This document shows, in pieces, positions 35,976-48,262 of a stretch of DNA of 64,000 nt. Both the position numbers and the translations under genes were made by a program. The stretch comes from Felis catus. Its lineage: Eukaryota. Position 1 is the first letter of the stretch. Each line of letters starts with the position of its first letter. Where the stretch lies: NCBI RefSeq assembly GCF_018350175.1, contig NC_058368.1, forward strand, positions 105,092,001 to 105,156,000, in the 5' to 3' direction. Under the pieces are notes generated by a model. The model saw only the letters and a list, made by a program, of their open reading frames with translations, had not been told where the DNA came from and ran no database searches.

Positions 35976-36957
35976 GAGACAAAGAATTCCCCAAGTCTGC
36001 TATTTTCACAGGACGGTATGCTTTCTTCCACTTTTTCTTTTTCTTTTTTTAGTTGAAAGAAGAGATTTTGCAGGTTTTCAGAACAGACTGTACTGTTCAG
36101 ACTGCTTATTCTCAAGAGAACCTTTAAAGGCTATTTTATCTTCTTTGAGTGAAGTTTACATTCCATAGTTTTGATTTCCTTTAGAAATGTTCAGAAATTG
36201 ACATTTGGAGGAAATACTTTAGAACAATTATCTTCAATGTCACAGTGTAGGGATCTATTTGATGTGGGGTGTGTATGTGTGTGTACAACTGTGTGCACTT
36301 CTGAAATAAAATTTTGGAATTCTAAACTCTTATTTTATTTCAGCACCACATCTGCAAGTTCAGAGTCAAATACACAACAAAGACACAGGACACTGGTAAG
36401 AAATGAAGTTTGCAGAAATTCTTTCTTGTTTCTTTGTTTTAAGCATTACAGTTAACAAAACTTTAACTTCCCTAATGAATGTTGAGATTTTCCTGACATA
36501 GTTTTGTTTTCACATTTCATTAGTAAAGATCTTAAAAACAAAACATGGAGTGTTCTTTATCTTGTAGAATGAGGCAAAGTGGGTAGAGTGCCAGCTAAGT
36601 GATATTACTGGGCAGTAGGGAAGTTAGGTGAGCAATGGTGTGGCCCCCCAATATCATGAACATCGTGGTTACCTCAAAGTATTCGCTTATACAGGAGGAA
36701 ATTCTGGTATTCAAAAAAGGTACAGATTGGGTAAATCACATTATTTGGTTTATTTAGGCTAAGGGTTAAATCACAGTCTTTTCCAGATATTTCTAATTCA
36801 CACCCTTACAAATCAGCAAATGACAGACCTAGCTCTGACCCTTGAGGTCCTGTCTCTTCTATGAGCTCTGTTACACCCTGGGATAGTCAGGTCCTTTTTA
36901 CCTGAGCCTCAGTTAGTACCTGCCCAAGCCTCGGGTAGCCAAATTACAGGCTGTTGA

Positions 36958-37050
36958 GAAATGTTGAGGTTGGGTGATGGGGACATGGGAGTTCATTACA
37001 CTAGTCCTCCACTTTTATGTTAATTTGAGGATTTCCCCTAAAGAAAAAAA
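36958..37050 (+). mobile_element. Old L1M 3' terminal fragment
   Basis: gttgaggttgggtgatggggacatgggagttcattacactagtcctccactttt. Confidence 0.6.
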
Positions 37051-37144
37051 TAAGCTATCTGTGTACTCCTGACTCAGTTTTAGTAAGGGGATCCCCTAGA
37101 CTCTACCATAGATGTTTCTAGAACAATCCTGAAACCCAGACAAG

Positions 37145-37275
37145 AACCCAGTCATAATGACCAAGTCATTTAAAGTCTCAGGATCTTATTTTTCATCCAT
37201 GAAATGAGGATGATGAACTTTAATAGTCTACCTCAAATAAGACGTTTGGGATATGAAAATGGTGGGTGAAGTCAC
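37145..37275 (+). mobile_element. MIR fragment
   Basis: caagtcatttaaagtctcagg...ttttcatccatgaaatgaggatgatg...tctacctca. Confidence 0.5.
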
Positions 37276-37504
37276 ACAAGTAAATGGAAATAGAGTTATT
37301 CGGTAATGACAGCATTCAAATGGGCTCCCCTATGGGCTAGGGACCCCACTCTTTGGTTTCTCTATTTCTTTCCGGATTCACCAGTTCTACTCTACCACTC
37401 CCATCCCATCTCAGCATCCCCAGCTAAGAACAAATGATCTAGTGAACTGTATATCCAGAATCTCACTCCTGCAGTTATTTTTGTTCCACATTAACATCTC
37501 TTTT

Positions 37505-37709
37505 TTTTTATTTTATTTTTTATTTTTTAAAATTTACGTCCAAATTAGTTAGCATACAGCGAAACAACGGTTTCAGGAGTAGATTCCTTAATGCTCCTTA
37601 CCCATTTAGCCCATCCCATCCCTCCTCCCACAACCCCTCCAGCAACCCTCAGTTTGTTCTCCATATTTATGAGTCTCTTCTGTTTTGTCCCTCCGTTTTT
37701 GTATTATTT
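37505..37709 (-). mobile_element. Young felid L1 (L1_Fc-like) extreme 3' end, heavily 5'-truncated
   Basis: Poly-T tail, aatttacgtccaaattagttagcatacag...caacccctccagcaaccctcagtttgttctcc; perfect 14 bp TSD TTAACATCTCTTTT at 37491-37504 and 37710-37723. Confidence 0.85.
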
Positions 37710-38541
37710 TTAACATCTCTTTTCTAAGTCACGTTCATTTAACCTGACTCCCGACAGACTGAACTTGTCTCTCAAATCCATAATTATTTTCAGCAGGAGG
37801 GGTTTTGTTAAAGAAATAGAAGTCAAGGGAGACCAATCTAGATTGGTAGAATATGAACTTTATTACAAATCTTCTTTCTGAGTGTAGTTGTTATTTAATC
37901 TTATATTGTGTGTTTTCAGCTAGCAAAAAAAAAAAGCCTAATAATGAAGGTTTTTAAATGTATATATTGGAACTATTTATAATTCTGTTGCCCACAGAGA
38001 AAGTATCCCTCACTGGCACCGTGTAAAAACATTTTTTTCTCTGCTTGGAACCCTTGGGTTAGCAGTTAAATTGCAGTTTTGGAGAGACTTCAGCTCACCA
38101 ATCTCTGTTGACTGCCTTTCCCTCTAACAAGGCTAATCAATTAGCACCCTAGAGGTAACCCTCTAGTTGGCTGCATATGACACTGAAAAGGACAAGGTGC
38201 CAATTACCACATTTAGGATTTCTGTTCAGGGCTCCCAATTAGCTTTGTGGAGTTCAGAATCTACTTCTTTCAATTTACATTTAATACAGTTGGGATCCCC
38301 AGGGTTGGAAGTAGTTGGTTCTGCTGTGTTCTGCTGTGTTTTTACATTTCTAAAAGAATACATTCAGCTGAAGGAGGTTAGAATTAGGGATCTCAAGGCC
38401 CTAAGATATCCGCAGTTAGGGCTGTCTCCTTATCAGACAATCCCTTTCAAATCTCGGAACTCTTGGACGGTCACTCAGCAGAACTGATTCTGCTATGTAT
38501 CATGAGGAACCAAACTGCAAGTAGATCTCAGATGCCTCTTT

Positions 38542-38566
38542 AAAATTTATTTTGATGTTTACTTTT

Positions 38567-38598
<32 letters not shown>

Positions 38599-38769
38599 GC
38601 ACGAGTGGGGGAGGGGCAGAGAGAGAGGGAGACACAGAATCAGAAGCAGGCTGAACCAGGCTCTGAGCTGTCAGCACAGAGCCAGATGCGGGGCTTGAAC
38701 CCACAAACTGTGAGATCATGGCCTGAGCTGAAGCTGGACGCTTAACCGACTGAGCTAGCCGGGTACCCC
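38542..38769 (-). mobile_element. Felid SINE (SINEC_Fc family)
   Basis: TSD tcaga(t/a)gcctcttt at 38528-38541 and 38771-38784. Confidence 0.95.
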
Positions 38770-40396
38770 ATCAGAAGCCTCTTTTAAAATAGCTGCAGTT
38801 TGCTGTAACAGAAGAGAAGGAAATTGAAGGATGAAACCTGTTTAATTCTGTGAAGATATCTTGACCACCCAAACGCAATGAAACCTGTGCTACCTATCTG
38901 AAAATGGTGGTTCCCTATTGGCCTTTACTACACTGTTCTCTGCGCCTTTAATTTTTGAACTCTTCTGGTAAACTGCATCCTTAGAGTATCAACTGGCCTT
39001 TGTTTATTCATCTCTGTGTCCCCAGGATAGAGTCTCTGCTGCCAAAATAGCACTCAGTCATTACTGTCTGAGTCCATTGGACTGAACAAATGGACTGAGC
39101 CCCAGGCATGGTATTAGGTGATGGACAGATGCTATCCCTCCAATTCCTACAGCACCAGATGGCCATGGTTTTCAGAATCATCACTATCATATTGATACCT
39201 TTCTTCTTATTATTAACACTGGAGAAATTAAGAAATTGTGATTTGGGGAGGTTGAGAAAGTTTTCAGATGTTGAATGACCAATGAATCTGTGTTCACCAG
39301 ATAGGGGGAATATTATGGGATAATGCAGTGTTACTTTCTTTAGATCCACATCTCAGGTGCGAGGCTGTCCCTGTTTATCTGCACCTTATTCTTTTGGGCC
39401 CGTTGGAGGATTAGAATGTTATTTAAACTGTTGCCTTGCTGCATGTTAAGATCTTCTGGCAGAGAACAGCTAGTGCATATAAATAACCTCATTTGAAACT
39501 GTTTAGGAAACAGAAATTATATTGAAAGGAGGCTTGACCTGAGCCAGATACCTGGCTCCGAATTTCTCCCTCTGAACTATTCCTGACCCGCTGTGACACA
39601 CAGAAATGAATTATGTAAAACACATGATGTCAGTGGTTATGTGGAGGGGCACATCCACAAGTGACGGTGTGGGTATGAATTCATTAATGCTAGAATATGT
39701 ATGAAGTATTTCACTCATTGTGCAAAACTAAGCTTATTAGAAAACCTCAGAAACCATTTGGCTTTCAAGTCGTAATTTAGCGATGACTTCATTAAAGAAT
39801 CATTATTCTAGGCGCCGAAACTATGAAAGCACTTTTTTATTTGTAATTGGTGAGGTCAAATTCATAGCACACTACAAAGAACGTCAGCTTTCCAAAACTA
39901 ACTTAAAGGAGCTGAAATATTTTGCATCTGATAAATGCAGAAAGGCAAGCAATGCCTTAAATTGTGCCAAACTGTATAAATTCTGTTTTTCTTTTAGTAC
40001 TTGGTATGATATAGTATTACATTCGCAGGAAGCATGTATTTGGTCTCATTATGATATTTCTAAATTTTTATATTCTAAAATGGCTTTCAGAAAATCCTTC
40101 GCATTGCAGAGAAAACTTTCAAATTATTTGTTAATATATCACGTGTGTTTGCAATGAAACTTTCAAGTTATTTAAAGGAAATCTTCCTATTTATTCTGAG
40201 AATAAGATCAATATAGAACTGCATCTCTATGCATATTTAAATATAAAGATTTGTGGATGTTCTAGAAAATGGAGTATTTAGGTATTTATTTTTCCCACTT
40301 TAATAGGTGAGAAATGATGTGTCAAAATTTTTGTTTTGGATTTCTTTCTTTCCTCTTCCTCTCTTTTTTCCTTCTCTCTTCCTTTGCTTGCTTCCT

Positions 40397-40398
40397 TT

Positions 40399-40474
<76 letters not shown>

Positions 40475-40476
40475 TC
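40397..40476. repeat. (TTTC)20 tetranucleotide microsatellite
   Basis: Perfect 80 bp run at the tail of an antisense L1, preceded by a CT-rich tract. Confidence 0.95.
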
Positions 40477-40487
40477 GTTCTCTCTAG

Positions 40488-41720
40488 TCTTTTACTGAAG
40501 CCAACTTGACAAATTTGAAATGTACAAGTTGAATTTGACATACACATACAAACCAGTCAAGAGAATGAAACTACCCATCACCCCCAGGAGTTTCTCAGGC
40601 TCCTCTCTAATCCCTACCACCCACTTCTCCACACCTGCCTATATACCATTCTCAAGGAAGCACTGATATGCCTTATGCCACTGTCTATAATTTTGCATTT
40701 CCTTGAGCTTTATATAAATGGAGTATGTGATATATTAATGCAGTTCTATATTGGTCTCATGATAAGAATAAATAGGAAGATTTCCTTTAAATCACTTGAA
40801 ATGTTGATTTAAAGCATGAGTGATATATTAACATATCATACAGTATGTACCCCCTTTTACTGGCTTCTTTTACTTAGCAGAATTATTTTGAGATTCATCC
40901 ATGTTGTAGTCTGTATCAATAATTCATTTTTATTGAATAGGACCCCACTGTATTGAACCCATCAGTTTGTCTATCCCTCTACCTGTTGACTGACATTTAG
41001 GTTATTTCCAGTGTTTGACTCTTACAAATAAAGCTGCTTTAAACATTCACGAACAAGTCTTTGTGTGGACCTATGCTTTCTTTTCCCTTGGGTGAATACC
41101 TAAGAGTGAAGTGATTGAATCATATGATAATTTAACTTTCTTAAAAACTGTCAAACAGTTTTTCCAAAGTGATAGCATCATTTTACATTTCCACCAGCAG
41201 TGTGTGAGAGTTTTAGTTGACCCACATTCTCTCCAACCTTGGTAGGGTTAGTCTTTTAAGTCTTAGCCTTTCTAATGTATTAGTAGTATCTCAGTGTGGT
41301 TTTAATTTGCATTTCCTTAATAGCTAATGGTGTCCAGTACCTTTTCATGTACTTATTTGCCATCTTTATGTCTTGTTTGGTGAAGGATCTACTGAAATCT
41401 TTAGTTTGTGTTTAAGTTGTTTTGTTTCTCATTATTGGATTAGAGCTCTTGATGTATTCTAGAGATAAGAAATTTTTCAGATATATGTTTTGAAACTATT
41501 TTCTCCAGCCTGTGGTTACTCTTAATCTTACGTGTCTTTAGAAGGGCAGGAGTTATTAATTTTTATGAAGTCTAACTTATCACTTGGTATTCTCATGGCT
41601 CATGCGTTCGCTATCTAAAAATTCTTTGCCCAAGGTCACAAATATTTTCTCCTGTTTTCTTCCTACAGTCTTAAAGTTTTAGGTTTTACATTTAGATCTA
41701 GGCTTTATTTTGAGTTCATC
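40488..41720 (-). mobile_element. Old L1 (L1MB/L1MC-like) 3' portion
   Basis: tttatataaatgga...atcatacagtatgt...ttgagattcatccatgttgtag...ttacatttccaccagcagtgtgtgagag...ggttttaatttgcatttcc. Confidence 0.85.
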
Positions 41721-41739
41721 ATGCTTGATGATGACTCAA

Positions 41740-42025
41740 AGCTTGAGTCTCTCTCAAGGAATCTCCCTCAGCTAAAGGAGCTCCAAGGCTCTAAGGCCAT
41801 CCATCTTCATGGGATCAACCATTATCCAATGAATGGTTGTGGCAGGGCCTCAGGACCAGGTCCCCTTCTTTAGACAGAGGACAATTCTGAAAGGCCAGAC
41901 CCCATCCACAGCCCCCATAGAATTTCTGAGGCTGCTGTTGCATTCTGCATCTCTTTTCCTTTAGAGGTGTTGCTCCCAAGAGCCGCCTCCAGTAAGCTGC
42001 TCCCCAGGGGCCCTAACCTAAAAAG
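41740..42025 (+). mobile_element. ERVL LTR (LTR16-like)
   Basis: ccctcagctaaaggagc...atccaatgaatgg...ggacaattctgaaaggcc...ctgaggc...ggtgttgctcccaagagc. Confidence 0.65.
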
Positions 42026-42741
42026 TCAAAATAGGTCTAAGGGAACGAATAAGGTTTTGCAAATGGAAACTCATAAGAAATGCAAAACAGCTACTGTGCT
42101 GTCACTAAGGGCACGGCAAAAGATGTGAAGAGAAACTGTCACTGTGACTCTGATACCCTTTCAGAGAAGTCTTTCTTCATATAAGATTTAATGAATGTAT
42201 GTTTGCAGACTTTAAGGAAGCAAAAGTTTGCATTTAATAAAGTACGATGCTGTCTATTTAGTCCATCTACAAAATTGGCTTTTTCCCACAAAAGAACACA
42301 AATAGTAAAGAAATTGAATGTTTACTTCTAGCAATATCTGCTAGTTATCTAGATGGTATCTAACATGACTCTGGAAGAGTGATGCTATCTCCCAGATGCT
42401 GGGATGTGAGATGTTAGTTGGAGTGTTTAGCCAGTGTTCAACCTCTCGTATAGCTTCTTTCATGTTGACATCTTGCAATATGGATATGCCGATCCATATC
42501 ATGCTCTCCTGCTCCCATCCCCACTCTGTCCCTGGGCAATCAACTCTAGTTCATCTAACCTAAATCTATAGCCTAAATTCTATCACAGAAGCAACTTCAA
42601 CAGAGATTTTGGGTCTAGCAGTACATAGAATGATGGTAATCATCATAGACCTATACCTGGTTAAAAAGGTATTTTTTCCTTTGGTTATTATCAAGAAAGA
42701 TCAAAACTTCATTTTATTTGATGATCATTAAAATTTATGCA

Positions 42742-43045
42742 TGTTATCAGTTGCAGTGGGCAAATGGCTTATTATTTTGTTTAGCTGAAGGATTTACTTC
42801 TTCACAACACTCTATTTGTCATAGTTATTAAGAGACCCTCTGGATGGAAGCTTCCCTCGGAATGCATTTCTTCGGTCTGGGCGGGCAGCAATGGAAGGAG
42901 GGGTAAATTGGAGTTTAGATGCACTACTTCCACTCCTATGCCATTAAGTCAAAGAAGACACAAGGCTTAAAACAGCTTCAAAAGCTGAGGAAGTAAAATC
43001 ACATCATGAGCCTAGAAGAAGTTTCAAAAATGTTTTTTGATGGAC
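42742..43045 (-). mobile_element. Old MaLR (MLT1-like) LTR fragment
   Basis: tcagttgcagtgg...cactacttccactcctatgccatt...aaagctgaggaagta. Confidence 0.35.
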
Positions 43046-43090
43046 AAAAATTATAGCACTATAAAACCAGATGTGAAAGAAAAAAGAATA

Positions 43091-43343
43091 TGGGAGCCTG
43101 GGTGGCTCAGTGAGTTAGCATCTGACTTCGGCATCTGACGAAGCATCTGACTTCGGCTCAGGTCATGATCTAGCAGTTCATGGGTTCGAGCCCCACCTCG
43201 GGCCCTGTGCTGACAGCTCAGAGCCTGGAGCCTGCTTCGGATTCTGTGTCTCCCTCTCTCTGCCCCTCCCCAACTCGCACTCTGTCTCTGTCTGTCTCTC
43301 AAAAATGAATAAACATTAAAAAATAAAAAAAATAAAAAAAAAA
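43091..43343 (+). mobile_element. Felid SINE with an internal ~25 bp duplication/insertion
   Basis: SINE body with AGCATCTGACTTCGGC repeated at 43117-43132 and 43142-43157; poly-A tail; flanking aaaaaagaat. Confidence 0.95.
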
Positions 43344-44799
43344 GAATTAAACCTAAGGAAAATAAAAAGAAATGCTAGAGATAGATGCAAAAGAAAACAT
43401 GAGTTCTAGAATTTCTTATTTTAATAATAAGCTCTATTTAACTTGAGAACAGAGGCCACGAAAAAGATGTTAGCAGTTCAAAATGAGGTTGGCCAAAGAA
43501 CTAGGAAGTGTTCTTTAGAAAATGATCCTTCACAAGCAATTGGGCAGGATGACCTATTTCATTTTAATTTCTATGATAGAGTAAATGTATAAGAAACAAA
43601 AGGTCCTGTTTTCACATGCAAATGTGCTCCTTTGGTTTTTATAAATGTCAGCAGGCAAAGAAATTCAGAAAACATGTGGCACTGAAACAGATTGTTTACA
43701 GATAGGATGTTTTTCAGAATTTCCCCAAGAGGCATCAGTGGCGCAAAGGGCCTCTATAAACTAAAGCATTTGAATGTCTGCAAATTTGTTTCATCAAATG
43801 CCCATGACATTTTTTTTTCCCCTCCACTTGGCTCCTTTAAATGGCAAAAACTTTCAAACAACAGGCATTATTTGGGGAAAGCACGCCAATTTGTGCTGTG
43901 TAGTGCTGACACATTTTATTTTCTGTGAGGGTGGAAATGTTGAGAAGTTTGTATGTGTGGCAAGAAGGACGTTGTGAAATACCAAAAGGGGACAGAAGTT
44001 AAATGTATATATATTTAAATAGATACAAATTAAGTACATATACTTAATTTGCTTCCAGGTTTACCCTGAATTAATATTCTGAATAAACTCAAGTTTCACG
44101 TAAAATTTGCTCAACTTCCAAAACCTGAATGTTTAGATCAAAGGAAGACAGGCAAGGGGAAGTGTATTTTGGGACCATCTAATCAATGAGTCTGACTTTG
44201 AGAACACACTTCAGTTGCTGCAGGCTGAAGAGAAATACTTCTCACAACTTCAGATTTTCCCCAAGAGAGAATATCCTCCCAAAGGGCTAGGACAGCTACT
44301 CAATCTAGCCTTTCCCAAAGAAGTAAGTCTCCTTGGGACAGGGAGAGGGATCCGGGAGGAAGAAGCACAAAGGATTCAGGATCTCGGGGATTAAGCTTGG
44401 CCTCTGGCTGCCCTCAATCTCGTCAGGCAGATTAGATAACATTGGTTTAATTTGTTTTGATAACTGACATTTGCGGCTGGGAATAATAGCCCCAGGGCGT
44501 CATGTCAACAGCAGAGCTGTTTGTGTTAGATCAAGTATCAGAGTCAATTGGTTCTTTGAAAATATGTCTAATAATGTGAACCAATGTGATGTGCTATCTG
44601 TACTTAATGAGGCTTGGAGAAATCAAATATTTCTCCAAGTTTTGATTAGAGTTCGTTTCTTCAAAAAGTTGACTCTCCTTGGACAAATTTATGCATAATA
44701 TGCAAAAATGAGAAGCTAATTTAGACTCTGAAAATTCTTTACCTTGTAAGAAAACTTACCACTTACCACTATTTCAATCCATTTATGAAGCATTTATAA

Positions 44800-45088
44800 A
44801 TATTCAGAGTAAGTAATAGAAAATATTTGTCACATCTATTACAACATCCTTAAAATATTAAGGTCACATATAAATCAATGAGGAAAAAATTAGCCTTTAA
44901 AAAGAAATTGGACAAAGGACACATATCAAAATTTACAAAAGTCTTAAGACATACAGATATCTAATAAGCTGTCCAAACTTACAAATGTCAAATAATATGT
45001 CCAAATAATAGAAGGCAAACAAAGTAAAAATTTTAAAACTTAGATATCACATTTTATCTCTAAGTGTGACAGATACAAAGAGTATTTA
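44800..45088 (+). mobile_element. Old L1ME-like fragment (left part, host of the full-length L1)
   Basis: aaatcaatgagg...attggacaaaggacac...agatatcacatttt; the old L1 sequence resumes after 52320. Confidence 0.55.
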
Positions 45089-46711
45089 GGAGGAAGGGGT
45101 CCAAGATGGAGGCATAGGAATATCCTGAATTCAGGCCCTCCTAAAGACACCCAATCTATAGCTACATATGGATCATTTCCCTCTGAAAAGATGTGAAAAC
45201 TAGATGCACTGCTTTCTATAACAAAGCATCAAAGGACCACATGATGTGGATAGGAGAGGCAGAAACAGTCTCGTAAGCCCCGCACCCCTAGCCACAAACA
45301 CAATAGGGAAGAATCTCACCAGACAGGAACATCTCCTAGAAGAGCAAGGTATTGGTGCCCCACATTGAGCACCCAAGCCCCTGGGATCTGCACTGGAAAG
45401 ATGAGCTCCCAGTATATGTGGCTTGGAAAACCAACAGGGCAGACGTCCAGGAGTCCCAAAGCACCATGGGAAACTGAGGTTCTGCTTTTGGAGAGCTCAC
45501 ATGTGGTCTCACTCACCCCAAGACCCAATGAAAATATAGCTTGAAAAGTACCTAGCCTCTATCTGAGACAGATTCACTTGCTGACCTAGGGGCAGTGGCT
45601 GGAGGGGTAGGGGATGGCTGGGACGTCCCTCGGCGATGGAGGCACTGGGGGCACCATTGTTGCACTTACCACATGGCCCGCTAGTGCAGGTTTATTCTCC
45701 TATGCCCAGTGGTATAGGCAAGGGTGAGCAGTTGGGACATTTGCTGAGGCCAGAAAGCACAGTTGGTTGCAGGCTCCCTGACCTCTAGCTGGAGTAGGTA
45801 AGCACAAACAGTTGTACCGTTCTCTTACTCCCAGCCTAAAGGTAGCACACTCTCACAAACAAGGCACTCTCTTGCTGTATTGCTGAAGCCCATAAATGCA
45901 TGCAGTTAAGACATTTTCCCATTGCCCTTCTGAAGCCCTGTCTACTACACTTTTGAGCAGCCATGCTAAAGCCTGAGAGTATGTGCAGTTCAGACAGGGG
46001 ACACCTCTTGATCACCTGGGGCACATGAAGACTTATGCTCCAGAGCTCCAAGGGACTGTAACAATCAGAAAGACAGTGCTGGTCAGACACCATCCTCAGG
46101 GCACTGTACAAACAGCAGGTTGAAAGACAGCCCCAGTCGTCCCTGAAAAATGCCTATTTTCTTACTCTGGAGCTTCAGCCTGAAGAATAGACTTCGAGTT
46201 TCTCATCTAGAGCTAAGGAGGTATATCCAGGGAGTTTAAGCAAGGGGATACCATCCTTGGGTATCCCCTTGGCCTCACTACAGCTTGATAAGACTTCTCA
46301 GAAAGGGACTTAAATGCTTGTCTGGAGGCCTGAGTTTTGCAACTCTTGTCCAGGGGACACCTTTAGACCTCCTGGTCTGGAAGCCAGCAGAGTTTACAAT
46401 TGCAGTCCCACAGGACTGTATATATTCGCATACTTTAAAACCTGCTGCTGAAGGGTCTGACTTCCAATCAACCCGAAACTAGGTGCTAAATAAGATTCCT
46501 CCCCTTGGATCACTGACAGGTCTTCATACACACCTAACATTGGGGGTGTGTCAAGAATAAATCAGGCAGTTAAGAGAATCAAAAGGTTCAAGAGACAACC
46601 AAGAGCTTGACAAGGTTGAAGGAGAAGGATCATCACCTTCACAGGGTCATCCCTTCAAGGCTGAGACATGTAGCTGTTTTGCGTCATACATAGAAATAAA
46701 CACAAAGTGTA

Positions 46712-46908
46712 GGAGTGATTGGGTGGCTCAGTTAGTTAAGCATCAGAATCTTGGTTTTAGCTCAGGATCATGATCTCATGGGGTTCGAGCCTGATATTGG
46801 GCTCCATGCTGACAGTGCACAGCCTGCTTGGGATTCTCTCTCATCTTCTATCTCTGCCCCTCCCCTGCTCACGCTATCTCTCAAAATAAATAAATAAACA
46901 TTAAAAAA
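46712..46908 (+). mobile_element. Carnivore SINE inserted at the L1 5' UTR/ORF1 boundary
   Basis: ggagtgattgggtggctcagttagttaagcatc...ggttcgagcc...aaataaataaacattaaaaaa. Confidence 0.93.
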
Positions 46909-46930
46909 AGAAACAAAAGGGTCAAACAAA

Positions 46931-47790
46931 ATGAAGAAACAGGGAAATATGTTCCAAACAAAAGAAAAAGACCTTAATGAGAAGTAATCCACCTGATAAG
47001 GAATCCAAAGTAATGGTCATAAAGATGCTCAATGAACTCAGGAAAAGAATGGATGAATGCAGTGAGAGCTTCAACAAAGAAATAGAAAACATAGAGTACC
47101 AAATAGAAGTCACAGACCTGAAGAACACAATAATTGAATGGGAAAATACACTAGAGGAATTTGATAGCAGACTGGATAAAGGAGAAGAATGGATTAGTAA
47201 GCTATAAGAGAGGGTAGTGGACCTCACCTAAACAAAGCACCAAAAAGACAAAATAATTTTAAAAAATTAAAATAATTTAAGGTACCTTAACAACAACATA
47301 AAGAATAGCATTCCATTATAGAGGTCCCAGAAGGAGAAGAGAGAAAGGGACAGAAAACTTATTTGAAGAAATAGATGAAAACTTCCTTAAGCTAAGGAAG
47401 GAAACAGACATCCAGGTCCAGGAATTCCAGAGAGTTTCAGATTAAATGAACCCAAAGAGAGCCACACCAAAACACATTAAAATAAAAATGTCAATAGTTA
47501 AAGATGAAGACAGAATCTGAAAAAGTGTCAAGAGAAAAGGAAAACCCTATAAGGCTATCAGCAATTTTCTCAGCAGAAACTTTGCAAGCCAGAAGGAAAT
47601 GGCTTACGACATCAAAGTGATGGGCAAACAAACAAACAAACAAAAAACTCCTCACCAAAAATATTCTACCCAGCAAAGCTATTATTCATATCTGAAGAAG
47701 AAATAGTTTTTTCCAACAGGCAAAAGGCAAAGGAGTTCATCATTATTAAACTGGCCTTGCAAGAAGTATTCAAGGGTCTACCATAAGCTA
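46931..47790 (+). pseudogene. L1 ORF1p remnant (coiled-coil/RRM), disrupted
   Basis: ATG at 46931; ORF-track peptide PDKESKVMVIKMLNELRKRMDECSESFNKEIENI...DLKNTIIEWENTLEEFDSRLDKGEEWISKL is the L1 ORF1p coiled coil; stops and frameshifts. Confidence 0.85.
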
Positions 47791-48262
47791 AAAAGAAAAG
47801 GCATTAATTAAAAACAAGAAAACATACAACAATGAAAAATCTCACTAGAAAAGGTAATATAGTGTCAAGGTAGTAGACTAACCACTTATAAAGCTGCTAA
47901 GAAGATTAAAACAAAAGTAGTAAAATTAATGAAAATTATAATTAGTTAAGCATTACATAAAAGAAAAAGCTGTGAAAAGTGACATCAAAAACATAAAATG
48001 TGGAGGAAGCAATAATATAAAGTTTTGGGATGTGCTTAAAATTAAATTGCTACTAATTTAAAATACACTGTTAGATACATAGGATGACATATGTGACACT
48101 CACAGTAACCAAAAAGCAAAAACTTATTTGTAAATCCACGAAAGAAAATGAAAACATAATCTAAAATAACACTAAAAATGTTATCAAACCAGAAGGGAAG
48201 AGAGAGAGAAAGAAGAAAGGAACACAGAGGAACTACAAAACATCCAGAAAACAACTGACAAA

